The notes beneath the pieces are model-generated. The model was given only the letters and a program-made list of their open reading frames with translations. It was not told the DNA's origin and did no database searches. Made by a program: the position numbers and the translations under genes. 64,000 nt of DNA from positions 19,966 through 83,965 of the forward strand of contig CAZIHS010000001.1 of the NCBI GenBank assembly GCA_964538765.1. The letters run 5' to 3'. The DNA comes from an uncultured Gammaproteobacteria bacterium (GTDB taxonomy: Bacteria > Patescibacteriota > Microgenomatia > UBA12405). Below, piece by piece: positions 57,779 through 64,000 of the stretch; position 1 is the first letter of the stretch, and each line of letters opens with the position of its first letter.

Positions 57779-58201
57779 TTAATTTGTAGATTTGGCCGGA
57801 CGTTTGGTGCCATATTTGCTTCGAGACTGGCCCCGACCGTTAACGCCGGAAGCGTCGTACTTGCCTCTTACTACATGGTAGCGGATTCCCGGAAGGTCAC
57901 GAACACGTCCGCCGCGAATGCTGACGATGCCGTGTTCGGCCAGATTGTGGCCGATGCCGGGAATGTAGGCGGTTACTAAAGTGCGGTTACTCAATTTAAT
58001 TTTTGCGACTTTTCTTAAAGCTGAATGCGGTTTTTTGGGAGTCATGGTCTTGACAACAGTAACCACTCCTTTTTTAAAGGGGTTAAAGCTTTTAATAACC
58101 GTATTTTTAATACTGTTAAAGTTATTGCGAAGGGCGGCCACCTTTAGTTTTTTACTGGGTTTGACCCGACCTGTTTTAATAAGCTGGTTAAATGTGGGCA
58201 T
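57779..58201 (-). CDS. rpsL: 30S ribosomal protein S12
   Basis: MPTFNQLIK ... [11 protein letters not shown] ... [10 protein letters not shown]. Confidence 0.95.
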   Translation of the reverse strand: MPTFNQLIKTGRVKPSKKLKVAALRNNFNSIKNTVIKSFNPFKKGVVTVVKTMTPKKPHSALRKVAKIKLSNRTLVTAYIPGIGHNLAEHGIVSIRGGRVRDLPGIRYHVVRGKYDASGVNGRGQSRSKYGTKRPAKSTN

Positions 58202-58208
58202 AAATTAT

Positions 58209-61200
58209 TTAGATCAAGGGCTGATTCTTGCCGACAGGAATAAGACGTCCGATAATAACATTTTCCTTCAGACCGATCAAGTTATCGACTTCGGCCAGCA
58301 AAGAGGCTTCAGTAAGGACACTGGTAGTTTGTTGGAAAGAAGCGGCTGAAAGCCACGAGCCAGTACTTAAAGCTGATTGAATTAGACCTAGTAGGACTTT
58401 TTTGGCTTTTGCCGGTTTGCCTTTGTTTTTAACTGCCTTTTCGTTTTCGCCATCAAAAACTGCCTGGGTAACAATTTGACCATAGAGGAAGTTGGTGTCA
58501 CCAGGATCTTCTATTTTGTATTTGTCACTCATTTCCTTAACAATTACTTCAAGGTGTTTGTCGTGGATGGCTATGCCCTGGGATTCATAAACAGCCTGAA
58601 TGCTATTTATGAGATATCTTTGAGCGGCCTCGATGCCTTTGACTTCAAGAACCTGGCGAACGTCGAGAGAGCCAGAGGTAAGTTGAGTGCCCTGGACTAC
58701 AAGGTCGCCGTCGCTGACCATGAGGGTTGAACTGGCGGGAAGAAGGTAAGTGACGGTTTTGGTGACATTATCTTTATCCTTTCCTGATAGCTTGATTTCG
58801 TAGCCGTCAGTGGTTTCTTTGACCTTAACTTTTCCACTTAACTCGGCAATTGGTGAGGGCAGCTTTGGCATTCTAATCTCGAATAATTCCTGTACACGAG
58901 GCAACCCCTGGGTAACGTCGACTCCAATTACTCCGCCGGTGTGTTTGGTGCGCAGAGTTAGTTGAGTGCCGGGTTCCCCGATGGATTGTGCAGCAACAAC
59001 TCCAACAGGAACACCAATTTGAACGAGTTTACGATTGGAAAGATCCCAGCCATAACAGTGACGACAAAGTCCACTTTTGGCTTGGCAGGTTAGAGGAGAT
59101 CTGATGTTTACCGATTCGACCTTACTTGAATCTATTATGGCAGCAATGGCGCTGTCGATAATATCGCCTTTTAATGCAATTTTTTGGTTTGTTTCCGGAT
59201 CAACAAGGTCGGAAGCAAGAATCCGGCCCAAAATGCGTCTTGAAAAATATCGTTCGCGGTTTTTGTCGTTGCGTTCAATCGTTAAAAACTTTTTAGTGCC
59301 ACATTCGTCTTGACGGATTATCGAGACATGAGCAGCATCAACCAAACGGCGAGTTAAATAACCGGCGTCGGCAGTTTTTAGGGCAGTGTCGGCTAAACCT
59401 TTTCGGGTGCCTCTGGCGCCAGTAACATACTCAAAAACAGATAAACCTTCGCGGAAGTTTGATTTAGTTGGCAGTTGGACAATCTTGCCGGTGGGATCAA
59501 CCATTAGTCCCCGCATACCTGAAAGCTGTTTGATCTGGTCTTTTGAGGCTCTTTTAATGCCGGCGGCGGAAACGATACGAATGGGGGTATCAATGTCAAG
59601 GGTTGACCAGGTTTTTTCGGCTATTTCTTCAGTTATCTCCATCCAAACCGTTTGGCTCAATCGCTTTTTTTCCTCATTACTGATAAGACCCATCTTAAAG
59701 TTTTCTTCGATTTGGGAAACACGCTTGTTGGCCTCGGAAATAATCGAGTCCTTTTGGGGTAAATAGCCGCAATCGGCCATAGACAAGGACAGGCCGGAAA
59801 TGGTGAAGCCTTCAAATCCGATACTCTTTAGAGAATCGATCAGCTTTACAGTGCAGTTGGTGCCGGAAACTTTCATGGCTTTAACAACAAGATCGTTTAC
59901 CGCCTTGCTACCAGCCATGGGTTCGTTGACATAATCAAATTCTTTTGGAAGGACAGAGTTAAACCAAATCCGACCGTAGGTGGTTTTGATTAACTTCCCG
60001 CCGATTCGAACCGCAACCAACTGGCGAAGCTCTATTTTTCCTGTTTGATAGGCCAATATCACTTCTTTTTCATCGGCTAAAATGGGAAGCCCTGCGAAGC
60101 TTGGGTCGGCTTCTTTGGAAAGGTCCTGGGATCTGATCGAAGTGATGTAGTAGCAACCTACAGCCATTTCCTGGGCAGGAACCGAAATAGGGCTGCCATC
60201 GGCCGGTTTGAGCAGGTTTCTCGAAGGTAACATAAGTTTTTTAGCTTCTTTTTGGGCAGCATCGGACAGTGGCAAATGAACTCCCATTTGGTCGCCGTCA
60301 AAGTCAGCGTTGAAACCCTTGCAAACGCAGGGGTGGAGCCTGATGGCCAAACCGTCTACTAATATTGGTCTGAAGGCCTGAATGGAAAGTTTGTGAAGGG
60401 TTGGCGCCCGGTTCAAAAGAACGTAACTTTTGCTGGTAATTTGTTCTAAAATGTCGTAAACCTCATTGACACGATGGTCAATCAGGTTTTTGGCGCTTTT
60501 GATGTTGGCGGCCAAACCGGTGGTAATGAGATCGCGCAAAACAAAGGGGCGGTATATTTCTAGGGCAATTTCCTTTGGCAGTCCTACCTGATTGAGCTTG
60601 AGGTCAGGTCCAACCACGATAACCGACCGGCCCGAATAGTCGACTCTTTTCCCAAGAAGGTTGCGTCTAAACCGGCCTTTCTTGCCTTTAAGAAGATCGG
60701 AAAGCGAACGGGGAGTTCTTTTTAAACTTTTACGTTTGTTTTTTAAACTTTTTTGTGAATCGATCAGGTTATCCACCGATTCCTGAAGCATTCTTTTTTC
60801 GTTTTTGAGAATGATTTCGGGGGCGGATAACTTGAGAAGCTTTTTTAACCGATTATTACGGTTGATGAGTCTTCGATAGAGATCGTTAAGATCAGAGGTA
60901 GCAAAGCGCCCGCCGGTTAGTTGAACCATGGGGCGAAGGTCGGGGGGGACAACCGGAACTTTGTCCAAAACCATCCAGGCCGGGTTGATATTGTTGCTGA
61001 CCATGCCGTTAATAATCCTGATTTTATACATGATTTTCTTCTTTTTAAGTTTGCTGCTGGTTTTTTGAAGTTCGAGTTTAAGATTTTTAACAGTGGCCGG
61101 AAAATCGAGTTGTTTTAGAACATCTAGCAGGGCTTCGGCCCCCATTTTTGCCGTAAAAAATATATCGGCTTTAAACTGGGAAAGGTAAAAACTTTCTTCG

Positions 61201-61943
61201 TCGGTAATAGTAGACAGAATTCCGACGTTGCTTACCTTTTCGGTGAGATATTTGGTCAGGCTTTCAATCCGATTTCTTTCGGAAAGAGCCTTATTTTCTA
61301 GTCGTTGAATTTCTTGTTTTAGCCGCACCTCTCTTTCCTCAATCGCAATTTGAAGCTGATCCTTGCTCTTGATTCTTTTAACAAGAAGCTTCTTTTCGGC
61401 CTCGGTTTCCTTTATTTTTGGTTCAATGGATTTTTTGGTGTCGGTTTCTATCTGCTCAAGTCTTTTTTTGGAATATGTTTTCAGGTTTTCAAGGGCTTCG
61501 TTTCTTTTTGAGTCGGTGACAGAGGTTACAAGATATTTTGTAAAATAAACAATGGCCTCCAAATCTTTTTGGGGAATGTCCAGAATGATTGATAGAGGAG
61601 ACGGGGTGTTTCGGAGATACCAGAGATGGACAATGGGGGCGGCTAAACTGATATGACCCATTCTCTCCCGCCGAACCTTGGAGGTGGTTACTTCAACGCC
61701 ACAACGGTCACAGGTAACTCCTTTAAAACGGATTTTTTTGTATTTTCCACAGTAACACTCATAGTCCCGGCTTGGACCAAATATCTTTTCGCAAAAGAGA
61801 CCGTCTTTTTCGGGCCGCCAACTGCGGTAATTAATTGTTTCCGGTTTGGTGACTTCGCCCTTGGACCAGGAAAGAATTGTTTCCGGAGAAGCCAATTTTA
61901 TTTGGAGGCCGGTGAAGTCGGTGAGACTTTTGAATTGGTTCAT
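58209..61943 (-). CDS. rpoC: DNA-directed RNA polymerase subunit beta'
   Basis: Zn-binding CxxC...CxxC N-terminus and catalytic NADFDGDQM motif. Confidence 0.95.
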   Translation of the reverse strand: MNQFKSLTDFTGLQIKLASPETILSWSKGEVTKPETINYRSWRPEKDGLFCEKIFGPSRDYECYCGKYKKIRFKGVTCDRCGVEVTTSKVRRERMGHISLAAPIVHLWYLRNTPSPLSIILDIPQKDLEAIVYFTKYLVTSVTDSKRNEALENLKTYSKKRLEQIETDTKKSIEPKIKETEAEKKLLVKRIKSKDQLQIAIEEREVRLKQEIQRLENKALSERNRIESLTKYLTEKVSNVGILSTITDEESFYLSQFKADIFFTAKMGAEALLDVLKQLDFPATVKNLKLELQKTSSKLKKKKIMYKIRIINGMVSNNINPAWMVLDKVPVVPPDLRPMVQLTGGRFATSDLNDLYRRLINRNNRLKKLLKLSAPEIILKNEKRMLQESVDNLIDSQKSLKNKRKSLKRTPRSLSDLLKGKKGRFRRNLLGKRVDYSGRSVIVVGPDLKLNQVGLPKEIALEIYRPFVLRDLITTGLAANIKSAKNLIDHRVNEVYDILEQITSKSYVLLNRAPTLHKLSIQAFRPILVDGLAIRLHPCVCKGFNADFDGDQMGVHLPLSDAAQKEAKKLMLPSRNLLKPADGSPISVPAQEMAVGCYYITSIRSQDLSKEADPSFAGLPILADEKEVILAYQTGKIELRQLVAVRIGGKLIKTTYGRIWFNSVLPKEFDYVNEPMAGSKAVNDLVVKAMKVSGTNCTVKLIDSLKSIGFEGFTISGLSLSMADCGYLPQKDSIISEANKRVSQIEENFKMGLISNEEKKRLSQTVWMEITEEIAEKTWSTLDIDTPIRIVSAAGIKRASKDQIKQLSGMRGLMVDPTGKIVQLPTKSNFREGLSVFEYVTGARGTRKGLADTALKTADAGYLTRRLVDAAHVSIIRQDECGTKKFLTIERNDKNRERYFSRRILGRILASDLVDPETNQKIALKGDIIDSAIAAIIDSSKVESVNIRSPLTCQAKSGLCRHCYGWDLSNRKLVQIGVPVGVVAAQSIGEPGTQLTLRTKHTGGVIGVDVTQGLPRVQELFEIRMPKLPSPIAELSGKVKVKETTDGYEIKLSGKDKDNVTKTVTYLLPASSTLMVSDGDLVVQGTQLTSGSLDVRQVLEVKGIEAAQRYLINSIQAVYESQGIAIHDKHLEVIVKEMSDKYKIEDPGDTNFLYGQIVTQAVFDGENEKAVKNKGKPAKAKKVLLGLIQSALSTGSWLSAASFQQTTSVLTEASLLAEVDNLIGLKENVIIGRLIPVGKNQPLI

Positions 61944-61950
61944 AAATTGT

Positions 61951-64000
61951 TTAAATTGCTTCGGTTAACGTTGTAAGGTCGATTGCTTTTGGCTCGGCTG
62001 TTTTCTCATCATCTGGAATTTTATCCTGAGTATCGGCCAGCGGTAAAATGGGGCTGCCGCCGACAGGATTTATTTCAAGCGCCAGGCCCGCCAACTCTTT
62101 AACTAAAACCTTAAATGACTCGGGAAGATCGGGAGCAGGAATAGGCAAGCCTTTTATGATAGCCTGGAAAGCATGAGTTCTTCCTTCAATGTCGTCGGAC
62201 TTAATAGTTAACATTTCCTGAAGAATATAGGCAGCCCGGTGGGCTTCCAGAGCCCAAACTTCCATTTCCCCTAATCTTTGGCCACCCATCCGTGCTTTTC
62301 CACCCAATGGTTGCTGGGTTACCAGAGAATATGGCCCAGTTGAACGGGCGTGGACTTTGTCGTCAACCATGTGAACCAGTTTTAGGATGTAGCCGACACC
62401 AACAACAGTTTTTTGGTGATAAGGGTCACCAGTCCGCCCATCAAAAAGTTGAACTTTACCGGTAGTTTCAAGGCCGGCTTTGGTTAACTCTGCCGAAATT
62501 TGACTTTCAGGATATTTATCAAAAACCGAGACAGCATAATGTTTGTTTAGACGATAACCGGCATGGGCAAGGGTAACTTCGAGAATTTGGCCAAGATTCA
62601 TCCGGGCAATAACTGACAATGGCGATATTACCAAGTCAACTGGCGTGCCGTCTTCAAGATGAGGCATGTCGTATGAGGGCATGATGCGGCATATAACACC
62701 TTTATTTCCGTGTCTTCCTGCAATTTTATCCCCTTCCTGAATGCGGCGGATTTGGGCAACATAAACTTTGACTATTTTGTTGACTCCAGGATCAAGTTCG
62801 TCAGCTTTTTCTTTGTCAAGAATTTGAACGTCAATGACAACTCCACCTTCGCCGTTTGCCACCCGTAGCGAAGTATCCTTCACCTCCCGGGCTTTTTCAC
62901 CAAATATGGCACGAAGCAATCTCTCTTCAGCAGTAAGTTCCTTTTCACCGCGGGGTTCGACTTTACCAACCAGGATATCGTTTGGACCGACAGTGGCGCC
63001 TATCATTACAATACCGTCTTCGGTTAGTTTAGCCAATTCGTTTTCAGGAACTCCAGGAATATCTTTTGTCAACTCTTCTGTTCCAAGTTTAGTTTCGACT
63101 ACTTTAGCTTCGTATTCATAGATTTGGACATTGGTGAGAACATCTTCCTTAACCAGACGGTCCGAGATGAGAAAAGAATCCTCATAACTTAAACCGTCGA
63201 TTGAAGCATAGGCCACCAAAAGGTTGCGACCAATTGAAAGTTCGCCACCGTCGGTAGATGGACCATCGGCAACAATGTCTCCAGTGTTTAGTTTGTCTCC
63301 AACTGTGACCGCCGGTTTCTGGTTGTAACAGGTACCGTAAGGTGAAGTGCGCCGGAATTTGGTTAATAAGTAGGACTCGTGGGTGCCATCATCACTGATG
63401 GTAGTGTAGCTTCGGTGGTCGGCTGGACTGACCTTGTGGTCAAGTTCGACGGTGACAAGACTGCCATCAACGTAAGAAACCTTACCTGGGTGGTTGGCAA
63501 CATAAGTTCTTTTCATAGAAGTGGCAATTGCCGTTTCAATGCCCGTACCAACTATCGGAGTTTCGGGAGAAACCAAAGGAACCGCCTGTGTTTGCATGTG
63601 GGAACCCATCAGCGCCCGGGTGGCATCATCGTGATCAACAAAAGGAATCAGCGATGCTGAAGCGCCAACGATTTGGTTAGGAACGAGATCAATGTATTTA
63701 ACTAAATCCACCGGCCCTTCTATAAACTCACCCTGATGACGAATTGGAACCCAGTCTTGATTGATAACATTATGATCATCTATCTTGACAGCCAAATGGG
63801 TTATATAGCTGTCATATTCATCATCGGCATCAAGATATATGTGATCGGAAGAAACTACGAATTTACTACCCTCTTTAGTGACTTTTCTGAAAGGGGCTTC
63901 GATAAAACCATACCGGTTAACTCGGGCATACAAGGCCAGATAGGTGACCAAACCGATATTGGGACCTTCGGGTGAACGGACGGTGCAAATCCGACCATAT
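61951..64000 (-). CDS. rpoB: DNA-directed RNA polymerase subunit beta, C-terminal part (5' end beyond window)
   Basis: Conserved beta-subunit C-terminal blocks (GRHGNKGV, PFVDHDDATRALMGSHMQ). The ORF runs off the window edge. Confidence 0.95.
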   Translation of the reverse strand, partial: YGRICTVRSPEGPNIGLVTYLALYARVNRYGFIEAPFRKVTKEGSKFVVSSDHIYLDADDEYDSYITHLAVKIDDHNVINQDWVPIRHQGEFIEGPVDLVKYIDLVPNQIVGASASLIPFVDHDDATRALMGSHMQTQAVPLVSPETPIVGTGIETAIATSMKRTYVANHPGKVSYVDGSLVTVELDHKVSPADHRSYTTISDDGTHESYLLTKFRRTSPYGTCYNQKPAVTVGDKLNTGDIVADGPSTDGGELSIGRNLLVAYASIDGLSYEDSFLISDRLVKEDVLTNVQIYEYEAKVVETKLGTEELTKDIPGVPENELAKLTEDGIVMIGATVGPNDILVGKVEPRGEKELTAEERLLRAIFGEKAREVKDTSLRVANGEGGVVIDVQILDKEKADELDPGVNKIVKVYVAQIRRIQEGDKIAGRHGNKGVICRIMPSYDMPHLEDGTPVDLVISPLSVIARMNLGQILEVTLAHAGYRLNKHYAVSVFDKYPESQISAELTKAGLETTGKVQLFDGRTGDPYHQKTVVGVGYILKLVHMVDDKVHARSTGPYSLVTQQPLGGKARMGGQRLGEMEVWALEAHRAAYILQEMLTIKSDDIEGRTHAFQAIIKGLPIPAPDLPESFKVLVKELAGLALEINPVGGSPILPLADTQDKIPDDEKTAEPKAIDLTTLTEAI

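Noticed and set aside
63736-63975. rpoB ORF start at 63951 and a small plus-strand ORF
   Set aside because: The Met at 63951 is internal. The beta-subunit reading frame stays open to the window edge, so the gene is partial. The plus-strand ORF is antisense to rpoB.

Overview
This is a gene-dense chromosomal segment of about 42% GC that looks like a small-genome Patescibacteria/CPR-type bacterium. The strongest lineage clue is the ribosomal superoperon: S5 is followed directly by L15 with no L30 gene, and there is no map gene between adk and infA. The right half (35.8-64 kb, minus strand) is one collinear housekeeping block. It runs rpoB (partial), rpoC, rpsL, rpsG, two inserted genes, fusA, tuf, then the S10-spc-alpha ribosomal operons with secY, adk, infA and rpmJ (found manually), and ends with rpoA, rplQ, rplM, rpsI and uppP. 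The left half carries the following housekeeping genes. A partial Era/Der 3' end; an ABC-GldG-DUF4340 module; obg, ychF, cca, recJ, aspS, dacA-like, gltX, trmD, pyk, recA, rny and hup. A three-gene ABC-2 transporter followed by plsC, and two tRNAs (Gln-CUG and Pro-GGG). The most unusual content is a tandem duplicated SipW-type signal peptidase locus with TasA/camelysin-like cargo proteins (26.6-28.9 kb). There is also a cluster of secreted or membrane-anchored surface proteins with LTD, PT-repeat, FN3, CAP and VanZ features (18.6-21.8 kb). An HNH endonuclease sits beside tRNA-Gln and separates an MBL-fold hydrolase gene from a VOC/glyoxalase-like gene. The str operon is interrupted by a PilM-like/LytR_C fusion protein and a divergent FAD oxidoreductase. 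An ABC-2 permease gene carries an apparent homopolymer frameshift. No CRISPR array, rRNA, transposase or integrase was found. All calls come from motif-level reading of the supplied translations and the sequence itself; no database searches were run.
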